Source: Nymphaea colorata (Eukaryota). Taken from it: a DNA stretch of 64,000 nucleotides. Positions 29,064 to 42,700 of this stretch are shown here, in pieces. The notes beneath the pieces were generated by a model. It ran no database searches, was not told the DNA's origin, and saw only the letters and a program-made list of their open reading frames with translations. Each line of letters starts with the position of its first letter. Within the stretch, counting starts at the first letter, position 1. The stretch lies in the NCBI RefSeq assembly GCF_008831285.2, contig NC_045138.2:12648001-12712000 (forward strand). The letters run 5' to 3'. A program made the position numbers and the translations under genes.

Positions 29064-29363
29064 GAAATATCTCAAAATAATGACATGCAGACATATAATG
29101 ACACCACTTCTTGCTTGCCCTCCTAGTTTTTACATTTTTTATTCTTTCGATTAGCTGTATGATAAGTTTTTAGAATATAACAACGACCTTCACATCGTTG
29201 TCCACTTATAGATGTTAGAATTTACGAAACTTTTGTTCTGGAGGACCACCCTTTCGTCTTAATTGCAAGTATGGATCTCAGATTTTCATCTTGTTACTGT
29301 CGAATAAGGGTCCATATATATTTCTATTTCCCTTTAAAACAAGCTAAAACATAAGCTAATTGA

Positions 29364-29732
29364 GGGCCCGTTTGAATATCTGAAACTTTACTGCAGAGGA
29401 GGAACAAAAGTTCGAAAGTTTCATTATGAAACAAATGAAGAACTCAACACCCAAGACCTTCCCTGTAGTTGTGAAACTTTATTTTTGAGCAATTTATTTT
29501 TTACCATTGAAGTGCATATATTTTTTAAAATTTATTGTTCTTGAACTACTTTTAGAAACAAATGGAATTTAAGTTCCATGCACAAACAAATATAGTACTG
29601 AAATACTGGAAATAGACGTTCTAAGAAATCAAACTAATGGGGATATATGGATGGTGGAACAAAAATTCTACCAAACAAGGTACCCGATACTAAATACTCA
29701 GCATTCTAGTTCCAGGTATTCAATCAATAGCT
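29364..29732. mobile_element. Tourist-like (PIF/Harbinger) MITE upstream of the VQ gene
   Basis: Left end GGGCCCGTTTGAATATCTGAAACT. The right end AGTTCCAGGTATTCAA is its imperfect inverted repeat. Flanks are TGA/TAA and the interior is AT-rich. Confidence 0.5.
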
Positions 29733-31436
29733 TAAGGAAGTTAAAATTATGCTTTTCTTGTATAAGAGGGAGAATGCTAATTTAAGTTATACTGTGAGAA
29801 AACTTTAACTTTCACATGCTTGTATATGTTATCGATTCAATTTGCAGTTGCCAACTAAAGAGAGCTAATTAGAAGCGTCCGATAACGATGCCATAAAAAT
29901 AAAACGGATACATAGTTTAAGGGCGTTTGGTGTCCACGCTTCCATCAACTGGCCTCAAGTCTGACTAAACAAATGGACACAGCCTCTCATCGTACGAAGC
30001 AAAATAATGTCATACTTTTAACAACAGGCAAACCTGTCACACCGATTAATTTTCCACTCACTAGACATTAATAAACCTGTTGTCCCCACTGATGGAGCCA
30101 GAATTTTTTAGCTGACGAGTCATCAACCTAGGTATGGTGTGCATACTCTATGTAATATTTGAATCATTATAGTGGAATTTTAAGTCCTTTAGGTAATTTT
30201 TTTATTCTTCATGTGGGCAGTGGCCTGTACCAGCTTTCAGGGGGGGTAGATCAGAGGGGAGGCAAGAGCTTGGACCCTCCTCAAAAAAATTTTTAAAAGA
30301 AAATTTACATATAAATTTTTTAAAAAAATATGTAAAAACTTTAAAATATTTCAGTTCCTATCAAAATTTTGAAACTATAATTGAACTCTCCTCATAAAAA
30401 ATTATTAACTTAGTATTCACCAGCCTCCAGCTCTGTCTCTCATGTTTTTCATCTTTCAAAATTAATCATCCTCTGCGGCCCCCAACTCTTGGGCATTTTT
30501 AATTCCGATCACAAAAGTGTCGTTTTCTGCTGATCCTTACGTACATCAGGTGACGATCCTTCCATTGGGTCGTCCCCGAACATGCAGCTTATCCCACAAC
30601 ATCAAGTCACCAACAAGCCAACCTCACCACCCGTTTTCACCAACAATGCAATTTGACAACTAAGGCATCCCATTTTGGCACCCGGCACGCGCGTAATACT
30701 AACGGCAAAAAACATTAATTCTATCGTCTCCGTGTGAGCCATAAGCGGGTGGGTTGATGTCAACTGCCCGTGCATGCGAGCGTTGAAATTAATGGCTGCA
30801 ATTAAGCTACAGTACTGTGTACTGTGGAGGATGATGATGATTCAGTTATTTTTTCCGGCGAGTCCTGATGGTTTTCCGAGCAATCATGGCGTATCTCGCT
30901 TCACGTGGATGTGATTGATTCTGAGGGTAGCGGTAGCCACGAGAGTTTTGCCGGCTGACAATGCCAGGCGTCTGCTGTACTCTCTCTCCCTTTCGCGTGT
31001 GTGCAGGAGGGAAGAGGGGAAGAAGGGATGGGATCAGGTCTACCCACCACCTGATCTCTCTCTCTTTTGAGATATATATATATATATAACCCCACAAGGC
31101 CGGCAGTCTTAAAACCATTGGAAGAGTGCAGCTATATCCGTGTACCGTCATTTTTATTGTGAGTTGATTTCTATCTGGCAGAGAAAGAGATCAGAGATAA
31201 CAAGCACCAAAAAAAAAAAAACAAAATCATATATAGAAAAGAAATAAAATAAGCGGTAGTTCAGGTAGAGCAGAATGTTAATTTAATTTGTCATGACCAA
31301 ACAAAGGAAGCTCACACCTTCTATATGATGCGTTTCGAATTTGCAACTTGTCCTTTTCTCCTTTTGGCCTCATTTTGGGTCCGATCAGTAACTAGACTGA
31401 AAAATGTCTTCAGTAAATTTAGATTTGTAGATGTGT

Positions 31437-31728
31437 AGGGATCAATGTCTCTGATTTGGATCAGATATCTAACAAACAATATAAGGAAATTAGATATGGA
31501 AAAAAATGTAATATCTAATTAAGAAATCTCATCAGATTTGGATTTAAGAAAAGATGATTGAATTGTGAAATCAGATTCAGATTTGGATCGGATATGTGAA
31601 ATCAATTTTCGGAGTAGTATTCAAATATGACTTTCTTTGTTCCATTCAAATCTAAATATGTAAATATCTGAAAAAATGAATGCAATTAAGGGTATATCCA
31701 ATTCGAATCCAATCTCTTGACATCCATA
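31437..31728. mobile_element. Degenerate hAT-type MITE
   Basis: Ends TAGGGAT(GT)CAA and TTGACATCCATA, with repeated GGATAT/GATTTGGAT/ATCCAA subterminal motifs. TSD is degenerate. Confidence 0.5.
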
Positions 31729-32510
31729 CAGAAGTATTTATCATGGTCAATTTATTAGACAACGCATTGCAACAAATATTTTTCACACATGCTGCATTGA
31801 ACTGCGTGTGTGAACGATCTAGATGGGGAATGGCTGGAGTCCGAATCTAATAACCTCATGCATACACACACAAATGTATCTATGTATGTATGTGGCTATA
31901 TTATATATACATGCACACACACTACTTATCCATGAATTTCAATTAATCAAAAGACTTTGTTTTATTGACACCTAGAAACTTTTAGAGTTGAGCACAACTC
32001 ACTAACATTTGATAATCATGCTTTATAGACATTGAAGATATTTTCATTTGGAACATACTGTACTTATAAAACCATTGCTACATCTAGGTACCGAGTCTCA
32101 TTGGCAACATAAGATTTTTTGAATTTGTGCTGATGTTTGATAAGAATGCTAAACATGGTTCTAGGGCCACCCAAGAGGGACGCAAATAAAATTAAGCTTT
32201 CGAAACGTGGCGATTAGGAAGCATCTGAGAGGACATATGACCAAACGGTAGTTTGGCGTCCAGTTGCAGTGGTCCTATATATCATGTTTAATTTGCAATA
32301 TTCAAGCATTTCATGATTTGCCTTTAAAAAACAAAGTCAATGAGGTCAATGTTTTAAAACCAGAGGTGGGTTGCATTTCACCGTCGCATGCAGTATGGCG
32401 AGCCTAGCTAGTTGCTGCCTATCTTGTGACATTAATTATAAAAATTATAGACTTAGGTCACAACCACGATGTATAAAAAAATACAAAACAAAACAAAAAA
32501 GGAGAGAGAA

Positions 32511-32552
<42 letters not shown>

Positions 32553-32655
32553 GCCATTGCATTCAAAAAAGTGTGGCAACCATCTCGTTGCACGATGATG
32601 GGTCCTACAGTACTTGCTAAAAATGAGTTAAACGTACTGCTTAAGGCAGTAAGAC

Positions 32656-32660
<5 letters not shown>

Positions 32661-32738
<78 letters not shown>
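32661..32738. repeat. (AT)n microsatellite
   Basis: Pure AT dinucleotide run. Confidence 0.95.
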
Positions 32739-32745
<7 letters not shown>

Positions 32746-32825
32746 TTTTGAATAGTAATTGGCTTTTTGAAGTCAACAGGTTTCTAATCAAAGCCAACAG
32801 TCTATCACGATGGACGGTTAAAGGG

Positions 32826-33265
<440 letters not shown>

Positions 33266-33669
33266 AGCGTGTGTGTCTCCTATTATGGCAGTTTTTTTAC
33301 CTAAGGGTTAGGGGTACCCTCAACACTCCACTTAAGTTAAAAAATAAAACAAAACACACAAAAAAAAGAGGGGGTGGGGGCGCATCGGGTATGATACCCT
33401 GTGATTTGCAAGATAGGGGGACACTTGATGATTTCTCCATCCAAGGACGGAAAAAGCTATAAATTGATCCTATATATATAAAGAGAAGCAGAATAAAATC
33501 ACAATGAAATGTTGGTTAGAAGGTTGGTAGGTGGTGGGGTTAGTAGTTACGAGTTGGGATGATCTAACTTGTTCATTAGTAGCTTCATCCGAAACTACAT
33601 GCGAAGAAACCTATTGCTACTATGGAGGAAAGAAACTGCACCAGCCATTCTACTGACCATTATAACATA

Positions 33670-33970
33670 AAGGAGTGTTTTGATAAGGCTGTAATTGTGA
33701 AATTCTAAAATTGAAATTCTCATTTTTTATGAAATGGGATTGTATTGTGTTACCAGACAAATAAATTTTGACTCCTAAATTATAGGCTCATTTTTAAATC
33801 AAAATTTTAGAATTGTGATTTTATTCTGGAAGTGAAATTATGATTTCAGAATTTTATAATGTTTACATCTCTCTTTTAAGGCACATGTCACGAACACTTC
33901 ATTGGTTCTAAAACTTTAGTTATTTTCATCGATTCTAAAATTTTAATTATTGTTTTGTCGAATACGTCAT
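33670..33970 (+). mobile_element. AT-rich dispersed repeat (MITE-like); inverted homolog at ~55560-55805
   Basis: The reverse complement of 33690-33750 (..TTTCATAAAAAATGAGAATTTCAATTTTAGAATTTCACAATTAC) matches 55760-55804 (TTTCATCAAAAATGAGAATTTTAATTTTAAAATCTCATAATTAT). GGCACATGTCA(C)GA pairs with TCATGACATATGCC. Confidence 0.65.
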
Positions 33971-35291
33971 TTTCACACGCAAGCGCTTTAATTTGGAAGC
34001 ATATAATAATGAGGTTGCCTTTTGAAAAGAACTTGAAGGGGGCTTTCATGTTAATAGTAAAGGCAGATGATGATCAAGTATACATGCAGTAGCAGGAAAA
34101 GTCTCAATATTTTTGGGCGTTCCAGCCTGCATTAAGAGGTAGGTGTGCTTTGGAAGATCATCAGTTTAAACAAACTAAAGCTCTCAATAACATGATCTTA
34201 AATCCACGTTACACGTTACAAACCGTGGATCTAAAGTCGGATTGGAGGCGAAGGTTTTGACATTAAATCTGTGGACGATTTCATATCACCGTGGATCTCA
34301 GATCCATGGTGAAACAAATGCACCCTTATGTTTTTTATAATTATGTAGAAAAATGGTGAAATTAATTACTTTCCTCTTTAATCACCTGAGGAGATTTAAT
34401 TTTATTGCCACGCTAGACTCATGCTTTGGGAATCCATGAAGCACTTTACACATGAACGTTGATGTTCGCAGCCATGATTTTGGGTTGGTATTAGCTAAGC
34501 CATTACCATTGATTTGTTTAGTTGCTTATGCAAGAAATTAATCCAAAGCACACATAAGATCCTCGACTTAGTATATTCATGAATCAATTTCTGTGTGTTG
34601 TATCAATGATTTTTACAAGCTTATATTATGCAAAACGAGTACTGGTTGGACTAATAATTATCACTTAAATATGTATGTACGAGCTTGTTTGGGATCTTTC
34701 TTTGATCCACCAGTTTTTTCCACGTATACTTGTATTATAAGTACACTTGAATTGAAATATTTGAATGCCAATTTATTTTCCTTGGTTAGCCGTGAAAATG
34801 TGATAGCTATAACCAAAACAATTCAGACTTGATGGATTTGAAGTGTTTTTCTTATAATGTATTCATATAAGACGAAATGTCCAAAAAATAACTTATAAAC
34901 CAATGCGAGTACTCTTATTTATGTACGAACTACACCTGCTTTCCTTGGCTGTTGGCTACTATAAAAGGAGTGGCTATCATCTAACGCTGGCAGCTGGTGG
35001 CCACATACGATTATTATTAATCGATCATGGAGGGATTAAGTTTGAAAAAGGAGGGCCACTCTGCAACGTCATCAAGTAGATGCCAGTTATTCAGCAGCTG
35101 AAATTGAGAAATTCACATTTAATTAAGATTGAAACCTTTTAGCGACAATGACATTTATGGGGAACTTTGCCTTTTTAAATTTTTAGTTGACATGTTAGTT
35201 TTCTCATTGTCAAATGTTGTGTTTCTAGAGGGTAGTTTAGCAGCAGCGGTACCTTGTGAATGTCTTATGAATTTGTTTGGAAAACTGAAGC

Positions 35292-35440
35292 TGCTTTATG
35301 TAACAATAGTTGTAATGTTGAATGAATTTGTCCCAATCTTCATGGTACATTCATAAAACATTTGCTTTATGTAACAATAGTTGTAATGTTGAATGAATTT
35401 GTCCCAATCTTCATGGTACATTCATAAAACATTTGCTTTA
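35292..35440. repeat. Perfect 71-bp tandem duplication
   Basis: TGCTTTATGTAACAATAG...CATAAAACATT occurs at 35292 and 35363. Confidence 0.95.
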
Positions 35441-35778
35441 CAAAGTGTTCCTATTACAAAGTCTTCCTACGGTTAAGACTTTGGCCAACTTTCTCTATTG
35501 TCCTTCCCCAACAACACTTGACGTTTTTTTATTGAGAATGATGCATGAGATTCTTGTCGCGATATGTGTTTTTTTCCTTTTCATCTTAAGAGGGATAGGC
35601 ATTAACATGAAAATCCCGTACAAATTCATCAACATTTTCTTCCTAAAATTAGATACAACTTTGTGTTTGTCTAGGGATAGTAAATCTATATAATAGTCAA
35701 CGAAGTACAGGCTTATCTCATAAATGAATTAAAATATGATTCATAATTCAACCATGAAAGGACACAGCCCAACAACCA

Positions 35779-35872
<94 letters not shown>
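35779..35872. repeat. Compound (TC)n(TA)n microsatellite
   Basis: TC run followed directly by a TA run. Confidence 0.95.
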
Positions 35873-35875
<3 letters not shown>

Positions 35876-36768
35876 TGAGAGTTCTTACTATCACATTCTT
35901 TGTTACCGTGCATCGAACTGTATACAACTGGTCAACTCCTTGCATTTTTTTGGATGATGGACGTCTGCACGAGATTCTTGACAATTGATGATCCAATGCT
36001 TCGAGAGACGCTTCTCGGACCGGCGGCCATCTTATTTTATTTTATTTTACACGTATAACTCAACAACGTCTCCAAACTCTCGGGGATGGAGCAATTATAA
36101 TTGGCCAACCAACATGAACGGGTTGGTTTCTGTCCGTCAGAGACCCAACATAGCGCCCCTCTCCATCCATTAAGGTTGAAGTTTTACTAACCAAGTGAAT
36201 AAGTAAAATATGATGTCCAAAAAAGTCGTTGGAAAAATATTCTTCAACACGTCATATTATTTTGCTCATCTAAGTAGTTTAATTCATATTCTTTTCCAAC
36301 TTTGACAAATAATGATTTTAAGAAGATAGATAACTCAACTGACAGTGCACTTATCTTTTTTAGTAAAATCATTCACAAAGCTAGTGAAATGAAGTGATAA
36401 ATTAATATATGACAATCATTATTCTTTAACCCTTAGACTTTATAACCCTTTGAATATATTCATCTTGAATATTTGAATCATAACCATCCGTCACTTTTAA
36501 ATTCTTTGAGACTTTGCATAATATGGTTTTTCTTTTTTTTACATTAAAACATGCTTCAGGAAATAATCTTTACTATTTTCTTTATACTTTGTAGATAATC
36601 ATAACCTTATATTCAATTCTTATAGTTTCAAATGAGAATTACAGTGAAATTTGTTTTTTCCTTCAAGATTCAATAATATACCAATTGTATTGTTAATACA
36701 ATTTTCTATATCCTTTACATCTAAGTTATGGTATAATAAATTATGCTTTCAGTCTTACAGAAAAGAAA

Positions 36769-37905
36769 TTGTTCGTGAAGATCGTAATGAAGTATTGGGT
36801 TATACCAAAAGAACATTATGAATGACTACGATGATCACTTTACAAGCAAGTTTTGACATAAAATGTTTCGACTGGTTTATAAACCAGACATGAATCTTGT
36901 TTAATCCAAATCGGCCTTTAAGACAAAGCTCAATGATGAAGGCATACTTTAAAAACTCAAAGCTAGGCATGTTACTTTCTGGTTATGTTCAACTGAAGGA
37001 CTTGTTTTCTCCAAAACCTTTACCCATATAATTCAGCCAGTAACCATTCCACTTATTCTTAACATTGCTATTTGCAACTTGATGTCAAAAATGTTTTCAT
37101 GGTGAGCTTAAAGAAAATGTGTTTATGATGCATCCTCTATACAATAATGATTCTCAATATTCAATGAGGCTTGCAAACTCCAAAAAGGCTCTATATGAGT
37201 TCAAACAACCGTCCCGGGCTTGGTTTGCAAAATTAATTACATAACCTTTTTTCAATAATTTTTTTTCAAGTGTAGCTAATGCTATGGGCCAACAATTCCT
37301 TGATCCAAGTAATGTGATGGTCACCACCGCAAGCCTAAATGAGCAAGTGAATGCATAAATCGCTTGAAAGCAATGTGTAAGTAAAAAACATAGTACACAA
37401 AGAAGAAAAATGAACTTGCAATGAATTGTTTCATTCACTTTGAAAGACAGTACATCAAAAAAGAAATTAAACAAGAAAAGTAACTCAACTTTACTTACAA
37501 GGTGCCTAAAAGTGCATACATGAATCTTCATGGTGAACAACCAATGCAAGGCATCCCAAAACATGACTGCTGGATTGGTAAGAAAGTATTCTCTTACAAG
37601 TGAACATGCATATACAAATAGAAATTATAAACAAGGAAAGATTGGTACAAATGCAGACATGGAGGAATAGACTCTCCCTTTAAATTATATGTAAACATCG
37701 GCGCCATCTACTTCATGGTATGCTTTATTTCTTCTAGGTAATGTTGCTTCATTATGAATGTATACTCTCACATTTGTTGTCCTTTATTTGCCAATTTAAA
37801 AAATATTTCTTCAACTCGACAAGATGGTCTTGTGCCAAATGGTATACCCTCATTGCATGTCATTTTGCATGCTTTGTGAGCTTCTAATGAGAATATGATC
37901 AGCAC
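36769..37905 (+). repeat. Copy 1 of a ~1.1-kb duplicated block (gypsy integrase remnant + copia RT remnant + unknown segment)
   Basis: Colinear with 45682-46830. Contains copia RT-like remnants (KARHV.., QLDVKN.F, KKALY..KQPSRAWF). Confidence 0.88.
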
Positions 37906-38774
37906 AAATTTATCATGTCTTGGAAACTGAGGTTCATGGGACTTACAAATTGGACTTACAAATGCTATTTTTTGTAGTTTGGAGAAGATCAAGGTTTCAT
38001 AGGCCTCCACTGAGGTTATTTTATGCATGTTTAAGAAAACTAAGGTTTCAGACCCTACTCAAGATATCTTGGTTGTTGGAGTCCAGAGAACTGTATTAAA
38101 CAAAACCTACCTAAATTAATGAGGATTTGGTTATTATTTTGCAAGGCCATGCACCACATCCTAGATCCTAGCCTTGTTTAGATTGAATTCAAAAATGATA
38201 TCTAATGTGCTAAAAAAATCATATTTTTCTAAAATCACTGGATGCATTGGGGTTAAAATGGAAAATGGGTAAATTCAACTAGTTTTAGGTGGAGTTTCAA
38301 TAGATTGAGCTAAGGCAACTTATATCAATGACTTTCAAACTGTGATCAAAAGAAGAATCAGAAAATTCTGTAAAAAACCAAGCTGAAATGAACTTCAAAC
38401 ATAAATAGGAGTGGAATGACAAAATAAATGAAGTGGATAAGGTTAATGAAGCTATAAATTTGAAATTATACTTCACCATGGATGATTTAGCTGAAACTGA
38501 TCTGATGGGAGCTAAATCAACCCAAGAAGATATTCCAACTCGATCAAAGCTACCATATCAGAATTCTGATGAAATTGTGCTTGGACATCAAAAAAGAAGT
38601 GGGTGACACTAGGAGAATGATATCTAGACACATTGGAAACCTGATTGAACTAATCTGAGGTGACTTAATTAGAACTGAACTATTTGCGCTGAGATAGAAA
38701 GTAGAGCTGAAAACCTATCATTTCTGGCAAAATAAGGCCTACCAAGCCCATGTAAGCTACTTTAAGCCAAAATA

Positions 38775-38872
38775 AGTCAAAATGAGCACCAATATGCCAT
38801 AGATAAAGGTCATCGGGCCTCATTTAGAACTGAAAAGGAGTCAAAATGAGCACCAATATGCCATAAATAAAG
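38775..38872. repeat. 34-bp direct repeat, period 64
   Basis: AGTCAAAATGAGCACCAATATGCCATA(G/A)ATAAAG occurs at 38775 and 38839. Confidence 0.9.
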
Positions 38873-39297
38873 CAAGCTAATGTCTACAAACAACTTGTTT
38901 GATTCCTTAGCATCAAAACTTGTAGGTAGCATTCCTACTATTCAAGGAAAATGATTTCTTTGTGAAAATGAGAAATATCTATTAGCCAGCAAGAGATTAG
39001 ATTGCTTAGCCACGTTGTTGGACATGGCTAGCCATAGATAGACATTAAGAAGGAAAATGTCATCTAGGAGTGGAATACGTGAACTACAATTCTATAATTA
39101 CAGTCCTTCCTTGTCTTTGTGAACTACTATCAGTGACTCATTGAGAGATATTCTCTACTTATTGCTCCTCTCATTGAATTGATTGGGAAGAACAATACTT
39201 GGATAGACTCAGTATGCTCAGGATGATTTTCAAGGACAGAAGAGCTACTATGCAGGAGCCTATACTTAAGTTATCTAACCACTTGAAACCTCTTGAG

Positions 39298-39722
39298 TGA
39301 AAGAAAGATGAACAGTGAGAGAGAGAGGGACGACACAAAGAATGGCTAACTCTCTTGCGTTGTTATGCAAAGGATATCTTCTCCTTTATATAGTGTGTAG
39401 CACGTTACAAGGTATGGAAAGAATACAACACTTCAAGAAATATGAGATAATTACAACCTGTAAGGAAATACACCATAACGATTGAGAGGAAGGGGAAAGA
39501 AAAGTTTGAATTCAAACTTTTCTTTCCTTAGTTGGGTTAAAGAAAAGTTTGAATTCAAACTTTTCTTTCCTTAGTTGGGTTGCTCCTCCAATGACATTTT
39601 CTCCTTGCTAAGTTTAGTGGATTTGATTTCCACTATTCCTCAAGGAAGATCTTTTACGTTGCCAATGTTAGTGGATTTGATTTCCACTGATTTCTCCTTG
39701 ACAACGAGGAGGATCTTTTACA
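39298..39722 (-). repeat. 3' LTR of the intact copia element
   Basis: Matches 44361-44785 except at 39371 (A/G) and 39583 (C/A). Confidence 0.97.
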
Positions 39723-42700
39723 CACCCCCTCAAGCTGAGCGTGGCAGGGACAATGCTCAGCTTGTCTCTAAATTCTTTGAATTTTGCATATCCAAGAGGT
39801 TTGGTCAATCCATCTGCTACTTGCTCGGGTGATCTAATAAAGTTGATTGAGATATGTCCCTTTGATACATGATCTCGCACAAAATGGAAATCAACTTCAA
39901 TGTGCTTTGTCCGAGCATGAAAAACAGGGTTTGCTGCTAAGTATAATGCACCTATATTGTCGCACCACAGTATTGGAGTTCCAGTGCATGATATGCCCAA
40001 CTCAATTAGTAGAGCTTTCAGCCATAAGAGTTCTGCAGCAGCACATGCAAGAGATTTATATTCAGCTTCTGTACTTGAACGAGCCACAGTTCGTTGCTTC
40101 TTAGATGCCCAAGAAATAAGATTATTACCCAAGAATGTTACACACCCTCCTGTTGATTTCCTATCTTCAATACTTCCAGCCCAATCGGCATCAGCAAATG
40201 CGCTTAAGTGAAGATGATTTGATTTTTGAATGCGTAGTCCAAGCTGGCTTGTGCCCTGTAAATATCTGAGAATGCGCTTGATGAGCCTCCAGTGGCATTC
40301 TAAGGGTTGATGCATGTATTGACATGCTCGATTTACTGCAAATGCCACATCCGGACGTGTGAGGGTGAGATATTGTAATGCTCCCACCACGCTCCGATAG
40401 AGAGTAGGATCTGAGAACGGAGCGCTAGACCCTAAAACATGGCCGGTAGACATAGGGGTTTGGACCGGCTTGGCATTGGTCATGTGAGCTTTCTGTAATA
40501 TATTGCTAAGGTAGGCTCCTTGCCGAATAATCAAACAATCGGGCTGCCTGGTCACCTCTATGCCAAGAAAATATGATAAATTTCCCAAGTCTTTGACTGA
40601 AAAAGATGCTCGAAGTTTGGCGAGAGTCTGATCTATGAGAGCATCGGATGATCCAGTGATAATAACATCATCAACATAAACTAAGATATATATCTTTTCA
40701 CACCCTTGGTGGAAAATAAATAGAGACGCGTCTGATTGGGATACCTGAAAACCAATGTTGCTGAGAAAAGTGCTTAGGCGTTGATACCATGCTCGAGGAG
40801 CCTGCTTTAATCCATACAACGCTTTGTTGAGTTTGCAAACATGAGACGGGAAGCGTGGATCTTGAAACCCTTCTGGTTGGGTAATGTATACGTCTTCATT
40901 AAGAACGCCATTTAGGAATGCATTATCAAAGTCGAGCTGGCGAAGAGACCACGCATGTTGGACAGCAATAGTGAGTATGACGCGAATTGTAGTGGGCTTA
41001 ACCGTGGGACTGAAAGTCTCCAAATAGTCTACCCCAGCTTCTTGTAAAAATCCTCGAGCGACCAGACGTGCTTTATACCTTGAAATGGAACCATCAGTAG
41101 TTCGTTTGATCTTGTATATCCATTTAGTATCAATAATATTATACTCTGGGCGTTGTGGAACTAGATTCCAAGTTTGATTTTTATGCAGGGCATCTATCTC
41201 TTGTCTCATAGCGTTAATCCAGTGAGTAACACTTTTGGCTTCCTTGAATGTGGCTGGCTCCTGCTCGACTCCCTTCTTTGTTTGAGCAGAGAACGTCTTG
41301 GGTTTGAGAGAACCTGTCATAGAACGAGTAACCATTTTATGAGGTGACGCACCTGTTGTAGGACGTGTGACCATTCTATGGGTGATGATGTCTTGACTTC
41401 CCCTTGTAGATGGTTGATCTGGAACAACAGTAACATGTGATACGTCTTGCTGAGTGTGGATAGCTTCGGTCTGAGCCTCACTTGGTTGACCCTCTATATT
41501 GATTGCTGGAGAGATGACGACACTTTCTGTATGAGAGTCGCTCATTGTGATTTGTCCTGAGTTGGTTATATTGCACTTACTATGAATTTGTGAAGCCCAC
41601 TGTTGAAGATCAGCTTCTTGAAGCGAGATATCACTTGTGTTGCTAGAGCCTCTAGAGTGTTCATCAAAATAAACATGACGAGAAATTATCACTCGCCTTG
41701 ATTTAGGATCTAGACATACATATCCCTTGTGTCGACTCCCATATCCAATAAAAATGCATGGAGTTGTCTTTGGCTGAAACTTGTTGTCATTACTCAACGT
41801 CAATAGTGGATAGCACTTGGATCCAAAGACTCTAAGACAGCTGTAATATGGAACTTGATTGAATATCATTTGAAATGGTGAATTTCGGTCTAGTTTGAGA
41901 GTAGGCAGCCGATTGATTATATAGACTGCCGTTCTAAAGGCTTCTACCCAAAACCGATGGTGAAGTTGAGCATCATGAAGCATGCTTAATCCGGTCTCAA
42001 CTACATGTCGATTTTTCCTTTCTACAATCCCATTTTGTTCGGGTGTATATGGACATGAAAAACGGTGCATAATTCCCTGGTTTTCCAACTCATTTTCTAG
42101 AATGTTATTGCAAAATTCTCCTCCATTGTCTGATTGAACAGTTTTGATAGTGGTTCCCAACTGGTTTTCCACAAGAGTTTTGAAATTGACGAAACACTGA
42201 TATACGTCACTTTTATTTTTCAATGGAAACAACCAAGTAAAGCGGGAATAATTATCAACAATCAATAGAAAATACTTAAAACCATCTTTGGACTCCACTG
42301 GGGCTGGTCCCCAAACATCCATGTGAAGAAGTTCAAGAGGTTTAGCAGCATGAAAAGACGACAAAGGAAACTGCAACTTATGCGCCTTTCCGATTAAGCA
42401 ATGTTCACACACCTTTTTCGGAATAGGACTGTTTATTGAGATGTAACTGAGAGCATTAAGCAAAGATACTATGTTCCTATTTGCATGTCCGAGACGCCGA
42501 TGCCATTCCTCATACGACCCTCGAACCTTCTTTATTTGTTGAGCCACACACGCCTTCTTGATGTCATCACTAGGTCTGGTCTTTACTTGAACCGGGTAAA
42601 GACCATTACTAGTTTTCGGTCCTCGAAGAAGTATTGCTCCTGTCTTGTGATCCTTGATCATAAATTCAGATGGATTGAATTCAAAAATGCAATCGTTGTC

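Noticed and set aside
28900..29094. N-terminal extension of the VQ ORF
   Set aside because: It runs through the TATA box and CT-repeat UTR, so the ATG at 28899 is the more plausible start.
30088..30440. Nested CAGGGGCGG-type MITEs
   Set aside because: TIRs and TSDs are too degenerate to define boundaries.
30960..31030. miR529 precursor
   Set aside because: Only a 15-nt match, with no complementary star arm at a plausible distance.
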